The notes beneath the pieces are model-generated. The model saw nothing but the letters and a program-made list of their open reading frames with translations, was not told the DNA's origin and ran no database searches. A program made the position numbers and the translations under genes. From Azolla caroliniana (Eukaryota > Plantae > Polypodiophyta): a stretch of 64,000 nucleotides of DNA. Of this stretch, positions 27,480-40,165 are shown in pieces. Where the stretch lies: NCBI GenBank assembly GCA_043228905.1, contig JBHGNT010000009.1:3038001-3102000 (forward strand), given 5' to 3'. Position 1 is the stretch's first letter; every line of letters begins with the position of its first letter.

Positions 27480-28125
27480 CAGAATCTGCATGAAGGCGAA
27501 CAACAAAGGGGCGTGAGTCACCTCAAAGAAGTTGATGGTCGAGCGCATGTAGTCATCAGTCACGAGGTCTATAGCTTCCTGGACATGTCGAATCGCATTC
27601 GAGAGCGGCTTCTGTCTCAGCTGCCCGGCTTCGGTGAGTGTGAATGTGAGCACGATGTTGTTGCCCATGTAGCCATGCAGGAGCGAGGGCACGAACTTGG
27701 CACAGCCGTCCACCGCGAAGAGAAGCTTCGTCTTCTACTCCTCCTTCATGTCCAGGGCCTCGGTGCACGCCTTCCACACCAGGCCTGATAGGGCTTCATA
27801 CCTGGTACACTGCCTGGGGAGCGTGCCATCGGCCATGGCCTTCTTCTTCAACCGCTTTAGGCTGTCGGGTGAGAAGTAGAAGGAGCGTTGGACAATGTTG
27901 TCGGCATCCAGGGAGAGGACCTACAGGCCGAAGGAGACGTCTTCGATAGCTTGGAATTCGGTGTGTGGGTATTTGATCTGGGGTGGGACTCGGGCGGCGA
28001 GGATCGATCTGTCAAGGCTCGGAGGGTTGGAGAGGGACAACCCGTGGGCGGTTTCTGCTCACGAGTTCACGAATTCCATGGCAGCTACGCCGTCAAGCAT
28101 GCAATGGTTCATCCCCAAACCTAAA
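27480..28125 (-). pseudogene. BAHD acyltransferase fragment (omega-hydroxypalmitate O-feruloyl transferase-like)
   Basis: Minus strand GLGMNHCMLDGVAAMEF (HxxxD), then KTKLLFAVDG, GYMGNNIV, DDYMRSTINFFE; several in-frame stops; both ends truncated. Confidence 0.8.
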
Positions 28126-28425
28126 ACAAAACCTCAGCATTCGAACGTGGTCACCTACACAGACCACAAAAATGCAAAGATTATTAATTTACAAGTACAA
28201 GAAATATAAAATTAAACAAGAGGCTTTGAGGCATGGCTGGTTAGAACTAGGTGTGGGGGGATGGCATTATGATACAATCCGAGCCTCCATGGGAGGGCAT
28301 CATGGAGGAGGCTAGGATCCATAGCATAGCATAACAGAGGAAGGAAGGAAGGGGGAAGTTACTTGGACGACCACAAGGGGTGTGTCGAGGGTGGTCTTGA
28401 CGTCCACAAGGGGTGTGTCGAAGAT

Positions 28426-28493
28426 GCACAGTTTAATGGTAAAGGTTTAACCCTTGTAACACAAGGTCATGGGTTCAAATCTTTTTGGTGCCA
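28426..28493 (+). ncRNA. tRNA-like cassette in the 3' LTR remnant
   Basis: GTTTAATGGTAAAGG, CCTTG-TAACA-CAAGG hairpin, GGGTTCAAATC, T5, ends GGTGCCA. Confidence 0.55.
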
Positions 28494-31400
28494 TATCATG
28501 ACACTATCCCCCCCTTTAAACGACGAGTGTTACGAGTCGTCTTTAATTGAGGATTTGGTTTTTCTGGATATTGACGATGGAAGTCTTCAAGAAGAGCTTG
28601 AGCATTCGCCGAATTCGTCACTGGTTCCCAAGTACGCTCGCTTGGACTATATCGTATTTAATCGACTAAATAATAGAGCTTGTTGCGAACCATCTTGGAA
28701 TCGAGGATGGCAACAACCTCGTACTCAGGTCCATCTTCAAGTTTGATCGGGGGTGGGGGTGTGGTAATATGATCTGGGATAGTGCAGTCCTGATAGGGTT
28801 CTAGAAGAGAACTATGAAATACCAGATGTATCCATAGTTGCGGAGGTAGATCAAGGCGAAAAGGGGCATCATTAATTTTTCCGTTAATATGGAAAAGGCC
28901 TAACCGTCGATAATCCAGTTTGTCACACGGTTGAGTAGTCTTGATGTGTTGTCGTAATAGTCATACTCGATCTCCAATAGCAAAAGAGGATGGAAGCCAA
29001 TGACGATCCACATAGTCTTTCTGTGTTTGCTGGGCGCGATGTAGATGGATAGATAGCTCTGCCTGAATTCGTCATAGCCACTCCAAATGATCCTCTGCAC
29101 TAGGATTTGTGGGTAACTCAGGAGTTTCTAACACACACCAGTGAGGATGATAGCCGGTATAAGCATAGAATGGTGTAACCCTAGTAGAGGAGTGGATAGA
29201 ATTATTATAAGCAAATTCAACAAAGTGTAGAATATTTCCCATATTATCTTGTTGATAGTGTAGGAAACACCGAAGATACTATTCCAACGTTTGATCGGTA
29301 TGTTCTGCTTGTCCATCAATTTGGGGATGATGGCATCGGTTTGGAGAGATTGCAAGTGACCTTGAGCATTTTTAAGAGATGCTTCCAAAATTTAGAGATG
29401 AATTGAGGTCCACGATCACTGATGATATTGTCGGGAAGACCATGATGCCGAAATACTTCACGCACAACAATTCCCACGGTTTCTTCACTAGTGATTTCCT
29501 TAGTACACAACACAAAATGTGCCATCTTAGTATATCGATCTACCACTATTAAGATCGCATTGAAGCCCTTCGAATATGGAAGATCTGTAATAAAATCTAG
29601 AGAAATAGATTGCCACGGTTTGCTTGGGATCGATAACGGCTTGGGATCGATAACGGCTCCAACAAACCATATGGATGATGTCTAGGCATCTTCACTCTAC
29701 AAATGTATCACATATCCGAACATAGTCTTCGACAAATCTTCGCATATGGGGCCACCAAAATGATCGTTGTACTAAATCCAACGTTTTAGTACAACCAAAA
29801 TGTCCGGTTGTGTATGTGTCATGACAATTTTGTACTATTCGAAGGTGACAAGAACCATTGGGAACATACAAAAGTTTCTTAAAGAAGAGTAAACCATCAT
29901 GACATTTGAATTGCCGATAATCCATACCTAGTTGTTGTGACCGTGAACAAGATGCTCGAGAGGGATCAATTTGATCTAGAATAGCTTGAGCAAAAATATC
30001 TGTCTTTAAATCTTCACGTATGGTATCGATAATGTGAATCCAATGGAGTGTCAAAAACCCACATTGCTTGAAGTCGTGTTGGACCTAGGATTACTTGCTT
30101 TTGATTGTCGAAGGCTGGATCACCAGGACGAGGAGCTAGATACGAGCGTCGTGATAATGCATCTGCCTTCCCCTGTTGCTTGCCCGGACGATATGTAATT
30201 TTGAAGTTGAAACGAGTGAGGAACTGAGCCCACCGAGCTTGTCTTCTATTTAACACGCGGGCATTCTGGAAGTAGGCAAGATTCTTGTGATCACTAAATA
30301 TAGTGACTTGATGAGGAGATCCTTCTAATAAATGCCTCCATTGTGCAAAAGATTCCACTATTGCTAATAGCTCCTTGTCATTTATCTCGTAGTTGATTTC
30401 AGCGACGTCAAATTTGCGCGAGTGGAAAGTCATGGGATGTAGCTTCTCATCATCGCCTTGCTATGAAAAAATACTACTAAGGGCGAAATCTGACGTGTCT
30501 GCCTCAATGACAAATGGTTTTTGAAGATCAACATGAGCTAGAATAGGAGCCAATGTAAATGCCTTCGTGAGACTGTGAAAAGCTGTGTTTGCTTCCTTAG
30601 ACCAAATGAACGATTGTCCCTTGGTAAAATAAGCTTTGAGTAGTCTTGTATAAAGTTGTGATAGAAATTTGCAAATCCTAAGAAGCATTGCACATCTCAC
30701 AACGAACGTGGATTTTGCGACTCTAACACAATACTTTAGTTGGATCCATAAAGATGTGTTCCGAGGAGATGACATAGCCTAGAAATTCCACTTGGTTAGC
30801 GTCAAAACTACACTTTTCCCCCACTTTTCCAGCTTTGCATAAAGACCATGTTCTCGTAGTCATCTTAGTACTAATAGTACATGAGAATCATGCTCCTCCC
30901 ATGTCTTTGAATAAACGAGCAAATCATCCAAGTAGATGATCAAACAAATGTCCAAAAGATCTCAGAATATATCATTTGCCATGTGTTGGAAGAGTGTTGG
31001 CGTATTGATGAAGCCGAATGCCATAACCATATGCTCGAAGTGTCCATATCGGGTGCAGAAAGCTATCTTCCATTCTTCTCTCAATTGAAATCTTATGAGT
31101 ACATCCTTGAGGTTGTCGATACCTGATTTCTCTTGTTCTTCAATCTATGTCCGGATTGTGTAATTCGAACCATGGTAACCCCAAAACAATTGGATGCTCT
31201 CGACTACTAATTACATTAAATGCTACTACACACGCCAAATTATTTAGGACAACACTAATCGGCTCTGACTCTTCCACAATATTTTCGGAAGCAATGGGGC
31301 GACCATCAATGACTACTACAAAAGCCGGGCTGAAGGGAGTTTTCTTAGGGATATCTGATGAGTTTGGGCAAAATTCTTATCCATGAAGCAAGAGTTGGCT

Positions 31401-32065
31401 CCGGAATCTAGGAGTGCTAAGACATGTGCTGGAGGGTTAGTTTTAGTACTAATTGTTAGTTGAGCTAGGAAGACATTGCTAACTTGCTTAGAGGGAATGG
31501 AACCACTAATGGGCTGCACAGATCTAGAGTTGTCCAACCAAACGGCTCCTATTTGGGTTGGACTTAGTCGTTTAACTCTTCTTCTATTTGACTAAGGATT
31601 TCAAATTTGTTTGATAGGCTTGGGCTATTAGGACCATTAGACACTCCTAATGAAATAGACTCGGGTTTAGTACTATTAGTACTAGCAGCTATTTGATTTA
31701 CTTATCTTCTTGGCCTATGAGGATAGTTCACTGCAATATGCCACGGTGCACCACAATATAGACATAGTCGATTTGCTCGGCGTCATTGCTTTTCCTCTTC
31801 CGATAATGGTCCGCGACGCCATGGCATGTCAATTTCCATTGGTGTTAGAGTATTTTCCGGAGACCCATTATATAACTCCCTTGGAAAAGGTTTTGCTACA
31901 ATTGAGGCGTAGGTGGGCTCTAGTCTTGTCCTTGGCATTTGGAACTGACATTTTGAATGTCGTTCGAAAAGCCGGTTATTGCATCGTACCATTCGATTGA
32001 TTGCTTCTGTGAGTGACTTTGGTTCTTTGGGAAAAATCAAAAGTAAAGCCTTGACGTCATTACGT

Positions 32066-32416
32066 TGTCGCGTGGCGCGTGACACACGTGCCAAACGTCG
32101 CGATGTGCGTGTCACACAGGCGTGGACAAACACCGGGCCTCTATCCGCTAGTGGTTATGGAGGAGATGAATTTGCCGTTTTAGGTTTATTGTTGGGTTGT
32201 TCTTTGTTGTCGAAGACGCACCCGAACTAGAATCAGCGGTGCAGTGGATTGATGTGTAGGCGGCGGTACTGTGGTGGTGTGCAACGTTTAGCGGGCGATG
32301 ACGACGGCGAAATAATCTTTGCCAATGCTATTTCCTTCTTGATGAGAATTCCAGAGATAGAGTGAATGATCACACAAAATGAAATTGTAGTAGCCGAAGT
32401 GACGCTCTAATGTGAC

Positions 32417-32447
<31 letters not shown>

Positions 32448-33039
32448 CGAGAATTGAGGAAGTGTTTAAGATAGATAGATAGATGGATGGAAATTCCAAT
32501 TCCGGGTTTTAACCCTTGACATCCAATGTTGAGAAACAAGACAAGTCCCAAATAAGATAAGTAGGTTTTTTAATATTAAGATGTTGATTCAATACATAGC
32601 TTGATTGATGCATAGATTGATTCCCCCTTATATAGATGCCCCCATGCATATGCACATGTGAGGGTGTAAGACATGCATACAATACATGAAATGCATGATT
32701 GCCATTTGGCGCTCATGCATCACATGTGATGCATGATGACCATGTACCTCATCCAAGCTCTCATGTATGAGCATTCACACATGAAAAACATAATGATGAT
32801 CTAAAGAAATAACTTAGCCTAATGGTAAGTCAGTTGTCTTCTATCTTGGAGGTGCAAGGTTCAATACTTGCACCCCTTCGTATGCTTGAAAATGTAAATA
32901 GGCTTTAGGTGTTCTTATTACATTTATATTTACAACATGCTAACATATGAGTGTAACCATCACCCCTTTCATTCGTGTGCACATTACACCTTCTCGATTC
33001 CACGCGATTTTCACACCGTTGCCGAAAATCTTCACGACA
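32066..33039 (-). mobile_element. Solo LTR with 4-bp TSD ACGT, inserted in gag
   Basis: TGTCG...CGACA; ACGT at 32062-32065 and 33040-33043; removal restores gag RYGLRNDVK. Confidence 0.88.
32813..32876 (+). ncRNA. tRNA-like cassette in a solo LTR
   Basis: TAGCCTAATGGTAAG A-box; GGTGCAAG-GTTCAATA-CTTGCACC T-arm-like hairpin. Confidence 0.55.
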
Positions 33040-34107
33040 ACGTAGGCCATAACGAAATTGCTCCATCAATGCTTGGTCATCTTGGCAATGAATATCAATG
33101 GCAAGAAGACGGAAATCCTCAACATAAGCTGAGGTCGGCCGATCACCTTGACACAATCTTCGAATTTTATTGATTGCCGTCCTAATGTTGTTGGTGGCTC
33201 CGAAACAAGCTTTAAACTTGCTAATAAATTCCTCAAAATTATTTAATAATGGAGATTCTTTTTCTAACAGAGGAGTCAACCATGCCAAAGTTTTGCCACT
33301 AAGCAACGTGCCTACTAGTCCCACTCGTGATGCATTGATGGGATATCGGGAAGGATGCATTTGAATCACCAGACGTACCTGATTAAGAAATCCTCTAAAT
33401 TGTGATCGTGTTCCATCAAATTTCATAAGAAGACCGATGTTGGGTTCTTTATGAATCCCTTGAGTACTTGGTCCTTGTTGTTGCAATGACAAAGTGGTTG
33501 CTTCCAGTTGTTGCACACGTAACGCCAACTCCCCGTGTTGTTGTTGCGTTTGCTGCTTTTCTAGAGAGATTGGTTGAAGATCCCCCAACAACCATTGATT
33601 TTCTTATTCTAGTGCTACAAACTTTTCTTTCAAGCACTGCAGCTCCAAGAAAACAGATTGGTATTCGTGAGCGCTAACAGTTCCATACTATTGGAGGAAG
33701 GAAGGATAAGAAGATTAGTATGAAGGGAAGGAGGGATACGAGGCTGAAGGGAAATTCGATTTAAACAGTTAGGGATAGTACTAGAGGCAAGGAGAATTAG
33801 TACTAAATATAGAGGAGAAGAATGAGGATTAGTACTAAGAAGGGAAAGAGTATGTGAGAATCACGAGATGGGAAGAGAGAGAGAGAGAGATAATGATGAC
33901 AACAAGAAGTATATTATATTATATGAAGAAAGATACAAGAAAAGCTAGGAGGCTTAAGACTGGCGTTGAACCGAATTGGTTCTTAATAATGCCATGTGCC
34001 TCTATTTTTAGTACTGTCAGGAGTACTCCTGAAGTTTCTAGAATGTTCTAGAGAAATCTAGAATATACATGAAATAATAAATGAAAATAAATTTATTTGT
34101 ATTACAA

Positions 34108-34175
34108 TGCATGGTTTAATGGTAAAGGTTCAACTTTTGTAACACAAGGTAATGGGTTCAAATCTTTTTGGTGTC
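34108..34175 (+). ncRNA. tRNA-like cassette in the 5' LTR
   Basis: Near-identical to 28426-28493. Confidence 0.55.
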
Positions 34176-34199
34176 ATACCATGCCATATCATGACAAGT

Positions 34200-35800
34200 A
34201 TGGTCTTCAATGTATCCACGCTTATTAGTGGGCCGTGCTGGTTTGTTAATGGGTGCTTTTAATATGTGTGTTGATGCTTCACAATCTACTTCACGATTCT
34301 CATTGATGGATTCTCCTTAGCAAGCAGTTTGGGACAAATTGGCATCAGAGGTTTTAAAGTTGGAAGTATGGAAATGGTTGCATCAAGATGAGGTTGGGTT
34401 CACATTTCAATATGTGCAATATAAGGAAACATGGAGCAGGCTGGATAGGATGTATGTTATGCATGATGAGTCCTTTTTGTTAGAGATGCTTAATATGTCA
34501 ATTATGCAAGAGTTTGTGACATCGAATCATTTTCCCATATGTTTTGAGTTTAATAAACATGGGGTAGATATGTACAAAACATTACTTGATCGAGTTCCAT
34601 TGAGGTTTAATTCTTCTTTATTATTACATTTGTTATTTGATACCTATATGCAACAAATTTTTGGCATGTTTTCAGAACAAGTTATTTCAAAAGGATGGCA
34701 TGCATGGGATACAAATGTAAAATTCGTGTTCGTTTAGCATAACATTTGTTTCCTACGTTGGAAAACGAATGCGAATGTTATTCAAAGATTCTTGTGTATT
34801 TTTTTGTTTTTTTCCCATTTTTAAAATATTTTTTTCTGTTTTTAAAATTTTTTTAGGCTTATTTACCTCATAATAAATAGTTAATCTAAAAGTATGGTAT
34901 TTATCATTCTTTGACGGTGTTTTTCTTACGCGAATGCGAATGCGAATGCACATATGATACGTATGGTTCATACTATGCTACAAAACACCAGTGATATTCA
35001 TCGTATGTATGGTATGGCTAATGCTAAAAGATGTACGAAATTTATTGATAAGTTTTCATATATTCTTATGTGATGCAATGTACTATTGATGAATAATCTG
35101 TATGATGAAGAACTTTTGGATGTTCAAGTTCAAGTACAGGACACTGTGAAGAATTTGTCTTGTCAAAGTTACCAATAAACAAGACTACGTCAATTAAAGG
35201 AGGGATTTATAGATAATCAATCACAATCTCATATGTTTTTTCAAGGATTAAGACCACCATATGATCATTCGAATGTGGTACAAATTAAGATAGGGGATGA
35301 CATTGTTGTAGACCCAATCCAGGTTATTGAGTTATGTATTACTCATTTTAAGAATTTGACTGGGCCAGAATTGATTATTAATGAGGATGTGTTGAAAGCA
35401 CGACAAGAGTTTTATAATGTAATTGGGTGTGTCATGAATACAAATATTTGTCAATAATTGGATGCTAATTTTGAAGAAGTTGAGGTGGAAAAGGTATTGT
35501 TTCACCTTCCAAATGGTAAAAGCCCAAGTTGGGATGGTATTACAAATGAAGTTTTTAAGAAGTATGCTGACATGCTTAAGAGTCCATTCACACAAATGTT
35601 TCAACAATGTTTGGATTTTGGTTTCATGCCTAAGAGCTGGAAGGTGGGGTTAATCAAATTGATACCAAAGGTACTATCTCCGAAGTGATTTCATCAATGG
35701 AAGCCTATTTCATTGATGGGAGGGTTGTACAAAGTGTTTGCAAATATATTATCCAACAGACTTAAGAAATTCTTAGCTCAACTTATTTATCCATCTCAAC
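34200..35800 (+). pseudogene. Degenerate L1/Tx1-like LINE ORF2 (endonuclease end and RT start)
   Basis: WSRLDRMYV, SNHFPI, GKSPSWDGITNEVFK, WKVGLIKLIPK. Confidence 0.75.
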
Positions 35801-36374
35801 TTATGTAAAGTCTATGCATTTCTACGAAAGTTGAAAGGACTATTAATGTGACAATTTTCTTTATTGGTGCAAGTAATTATTTCCTCAATGGAGTGTTCAT
35901 CTTACCTATTAACAATTTACATGTTCCACCACTCATGTTACACTACTACATTGTGACACCCATTCTAAGTAGTTTTTACCACACACGATTACTAGAATAC
36001 ATAATTGTAATTGTGTCTTTTCATCAAACATTATGATTTTGACTATGAGAAGCCATAAGTTGGAATATAAGATTCACTGTTCAAATAATCTTCAAAATAA
36101 CTCCCAATGGTTCTAGACTCATCCTAAGTGCAAAGTACAATGAAATGATCTTATTAAACAAATTGTGTCTATATGTATAAAGAATTTACATATATATAAC
36201 TTAAATTGATGTATAATAACAAATTTGATCATTTTGATTAAGAGTCCATACATAATGTGTCTCTTGGATAGGGAATTAGTGAAAATTGTGTATTTAGTCT
36301 CATTCAAAGTTATCACATGAACTATCAATTTGGGGAATAATAACAAGAAATGAAGATCATAGTTGTGGATACAT

Positions 36375-36854
36375 TTAGATGTATAGTTGGTCTTGTAAAC
36401 AGAGTTTCCTTGTAGCGATCAGGAGGAGGTCCTCCATGGTGGTGGGATGCAATGAAAGGCCAACTTGACCAGAGAAGGTAGCGAAATTCTCGAGGTCGGA
36501 GGTGGACGCGGAGACGCAACGAAGGCACGAACCGAACGCATGTGTCTGGAAGAGCGAGACAAACGCATCGTCCACCTCTGCCAATGATATGGCTAGCTCC
36601 ACACAAAAGCGTCGTAGTCTAGGGAGCTTCATGATGGAGGATCCCCCATGGCTCTTCAACATTTCGACCAACACTTTCACTAGTTCTTCCTTGTTGGTAC
36701 CCGCGTTGTCCAACGTCTCGTCAAGTACTATAGACGGCAATGTTAGTGTGGTCGAGGAGGAGTTCTTGAGCATGAGAATGGTCTTGGCGGCCAGGCCGAT
36801 CGCGGCCTCCTTTATCCTCTCCCCTACAGCTGGATCGATCACGAGTTTCAACAT
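36375..36854 (-). CDS. BLE2-like protein, exon 2 (C-terminus; about 1018 aa total)
   Basis: Acceptor TCGCAG|ATG at 36855/36854; LPRLRRFCVELAI and TSDLENFATFSGQVGLSLH C-terminal motifs; stop at 36375. Confidence 0.85.
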   Translation of the reverse strand: MLKLVIDPAVGERIKEAAIGLAAKTILMLKNSSSTTLTLPSIVLDETLDNAGTNKEELVKVLVEMLKSHGGSSIMKLPRLRRFCVELAISLAEVDDAFVSLFQTHAFGSCLRCVSASTSDLENFATFSGQVGLSLHPTTMEDLLLIATRKLCLQDQLYI

Positions 36855-37177
36855 CTGCGAAGGAGGACACCAGAATCACACGTTATAGCATGGAAACCAG
36901 TGGTCACCACGAAACATGTGCTAAATGTAAATGCTAATCATCAGCTTGTTCGATTTGACTTTCTTGCTAGGGAAATTCCCAGTTTACTCATTTAAATTGG
37001 GTCCTTACCTTTTCTATCTTCTTTATCAATTTAGGACTTAAATAATGGCAATGATTGAGACTTGACGACAATGATTGATATTTCATGGTTGGCACTTAAA
37101 AGACAATGATTGCCATTTGATGACAATGATTGCCACTTAATAACAATGATTGGGGGCACAATTAAATTATGCAGTAC

Positions 37178-39754
37178 CTGAGGCGTGATCGACTGCCCAA
37201 TTCGTATCTTGCAATCGTCGGAGCATTCACATTCGTTCTTACCCTCGCAGAAATTGCGCAAGAGGAAGAGCGCATGCTGGCCCCGAGGGTCTAATTTGTA
37301 ATTCCCAATCCCATAGATCAATGCGTCCACTATGCTAGGATTGATTGCCTCGCTGTCGTTAGCCGAGAGATTCGTCAAAGAATTGATCGATGAGCTCTTG
37401 CTTAATCTGATATTAAAACTCGTTAATTGACTCTCTCCCATTATATCTTGTGGTTTAATGCGAAGCATTCTCACGCAATTCCTCGACAGAGTGTTGTCGA
37501 ATCTCGGTAGAGAAAGCAGAGACAGAGCCTTTCCAGCAACCGTAGCGATTTTCACTCTTAGTTTATGAATGTGGGGTTTAAATCTATAATCCGTGGCATC
37601 GTAAGTGCCGCTGCCGAGATTGATGAAGAATAACGCGAAAAGTGCGTGCATAATGCCGCCTGTCCTTCCGATGACGTCTCGCACCTCCTCATCCATGGCG
37701 AGATTCGAGAGCGTATCGGCGGCAAGGAACTTGAGCTTCAAAAGGTCCACATACTCTCCTTCCGGCATTCCGTTTAGTGAGGATGATGTCTGGTTGATGG
37801 TTCCACTGGCATTGTCGATTTGGAGCAGCTTTTCGTTGAGAATATCTCTGAGATGAGCTATGGAAAGCACAACCTTGGCTATGACTTGGCGTAGAGTCCT
37901 CCCCGCAAGGCCGTTGCAGGCAGTCAGATCATTGATGAGTTGCAACGACAGCCATAAAACGATATTGTAGCCGTCCTTCCCGCCCGACTTGGAGTTGGAA
38001 ATGTCGATAAACGAAACTATTCTACTCAGGAGGCCGCGAGTCGCACCGATCTGAGCGCATACCATCTCGTTCTTGTACGCTAGCTTGATCAAGATCCGAA
38101 GCCCTAATTGCACACGCAGATCGCTGGGACGATGGAGCATGGGATTGCGGGGGGCAATGGCGATACGATCCGAAGTAGGGTGCATCCACTGGGTCCAGGA
38201 AAGCATGGCCGCCAATTCCCGAGGTCTTGATGGAAGTACCTTATCTACCAATGGGTCAGGATCAGGATGGGCCTCTGGGGCAGCTAGCAATCCAGAGATA
38301 GCTTCCATTGATCCTGATATGGCACCTACCCGAATGCCCGCGACGTTATTATCCACGAGCTTCGACAGGAGCATGGCCGCCCAATCTCCAATGATGCGGT
38401 GATCCTCGTTCTGCCATGTCAGCATGTCTAATAGCCTCTCGACTGTGCCGTGGCTGGACGTAGAGATGGATTGGAGTGTCACGTGCCGGCGTTGATCGAG
38501 GTGGGCAGCTTCGGAGTTAGGGTGGTTGGGTGGCGATGCCATGGCATAGAGCGCCTTGAGCCCGAGGAGGTGCTCGCGATGGGCCTCGGGACCATCGGAT
38601 TGGAGCCATTCCATGGCGTAATTGAGGAGGCTCATCTTCAGGCCTTGGAAGACGCTGTCGGTGAGGCACGTGGAGTAGACGTCGTAGAAGAAGCGGCGCA
38701 AGGTGTGGCCCTCGGGGTCGTGGGGGAGGAGGCCGCAGCGCGCGTTGGTGGACTTGAGGATCTTGCGCACCGAGATGTGGTACTGCCAGTAGGCGCGGCC
38801 GGAGAGGAAGATGGCGGCCTCGGTGAGAGTGAGGGAGTAGAAGATGAAGAGGGAGGAGATGTGGGTGCGCTCGGGATCGGATTCGCCCGGGATGAGGTAG
38901 TCGCGGATAACGAGGCGCCAGACGGAGAGCGCAATGCAGACGAGGGCCGAAGCGATCTGGAGCCAGTAGAGGAAGAGGCTGATCCGGCGGGCCTGGAAGA
39001 GCCACTGCCAGCAAGGTAGGAAGGAGAAGTGGGAGGATTGGGAGTCTGATTGGTGGCGGCGGCGCTGCTGCTGCTGCTGCTCGAGGTCCGGATAGTCGGC
39101 CTCGGCGGAGTGGAGGCGCGGGCTGACGAGCGTGGTGAAGGCGCGCTCAATGGAGTGGTAGGCCTCGGTGATGAGGATGGCCGGGGAGGAGGAGCCGCCG
39201 GTGTATTGGTGCTGCAGCTCCAGCTCGTGGGACCTGCTGAAGATGCGGAAGCCCTCGGTGACGAGGATGGTGGTGACGATCCAGAAGTCGTCGCTCTTCA
39301 TGGAGCTGGCGTAGCCGCCCAGGAGGACAACGGTGGCCCACAGGAAGCTGAGCGCGCCGATGTTGGTGGCGGCCTTCTCCAGGACGGCCACGCGCATGGC
39401 CAGCATGATGAGCGGGCGCTCCGGCGGCGGCGGCGGCGGCGGGGACACATTTTGGGGGTCCTCCACGACCAGGAAAAGGGGCCTGGCAGCGGGTGGTTCC
39501 GGTGGTGGGAGGTGGAAGGACGCGGCGGCGGCGGCGGCGGCGTATTTGGGAGCCTGCTGGAGGCCTCGGTTGCTACCGCTGGAGAGATAGGGGGAGGGGC
39601 TGAATTTGTCGCTGAAGGAGGCGAAGGCGGCGGAGGAGGATTTGGAGGAGGAGTTGGAGGAGGAGTTGGAGGAGGCTCCTCCGCCGCCGCCGGTGGCTGC
39701 CGCCTCCAAACCCCAGAGGTTGAGGGAAAGGCGATGGCTCTCGCTATTCCTCAT
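37178..39754 (-). CDS. BLE2-like membrane protein with ARM-type repeats, exon 1
   Basis: LEKAATNIGALSFLWATVVLLGG...DFWIVTTILVTEGFRIFSRSHELELQHQ is the conserved N-terminal signature of the plant BLE2/ARM-superfamily family; donor CAG|GTACTG at 37178/37177; 859 codons, phase 0. Confidence 0.85.
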
Positions 39755-39814
39755 TCTCTTTCTATTTGGGTTTTGCTGCCTATTAAATGTATTCTATTTT
39801 TTCCTAGTTTTTGC

Positions 39815-40165
39815 TTATGTATTTGGTATTTGGGTATCGTATGTATATGATGCTATGTATTTGGGTATGGTATGTATGTATGTATATGATACTATGTATT
39901 TGGGTATCGTATGTATATGATGCTATGTATTTGGGTATGGTATGTATGTATGTATATGATGCTATGTATTTGGGTATCGTATGTATATGATGCTATGTAT
40001 TTGGGTATGGTATGTATATAATGCTATGTACTTGGGTATCGTATATGATGCTATGTATTCGAATATCGTATATGATGCTATTTATTTGGGTATTGTATGT
40101 ATATGATTCTATGTATTTGGGTTATTGTATGTATATGTTGCTATGTATTTGGGTATTGTATATGA
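39815..40165. repeat. Minisatellite (about 30-38 bp unit) immediately upstream of the gene
   Basis: TATGTATATGATGCTATGTATTTGGGTATCG/GG repeated about 10 times. Confidence 0.85.

Larger units (their letters stand above)
28425..34196 (-). mobile_element. Degenerate Tcn1-like chromovirus (gag-PR-RT-RH-INT-chromodomain) with 5' LTR approx. 33666-34196 and truncated 3' LTR approx. 28425-28503
   Basis: gag KFDGTRSQFRGF, PR ALLDSGANSCF, RH NYEINDKELLAI, INT ISDRGPQF; PPT AAAGGGGGGGATAG next to TGTCATGA; both LTRs share the terminal ~80 bp. Confidence 0.88.

Noticed and set aside
32063-33042. CGTTGTCG...CGACAACG as TIRs of a TA-targeting DNA transposon or MITE
   Set aside because: The restored gag target shows a 4-bp ACGT duplication around TG...CA, and relatives are followed by a PBS, so this is an LTR.
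37031-37177. C-terminus of the 907-aa ORF
   Set aside because: Read-through into the intron; the conserved C-terminus is in 36375-36854.
38450-39850. Overlapping plus-strand and alternative-frame ORFs
   Set aside because: Shadow ORFs of the GC-rich coding exon.
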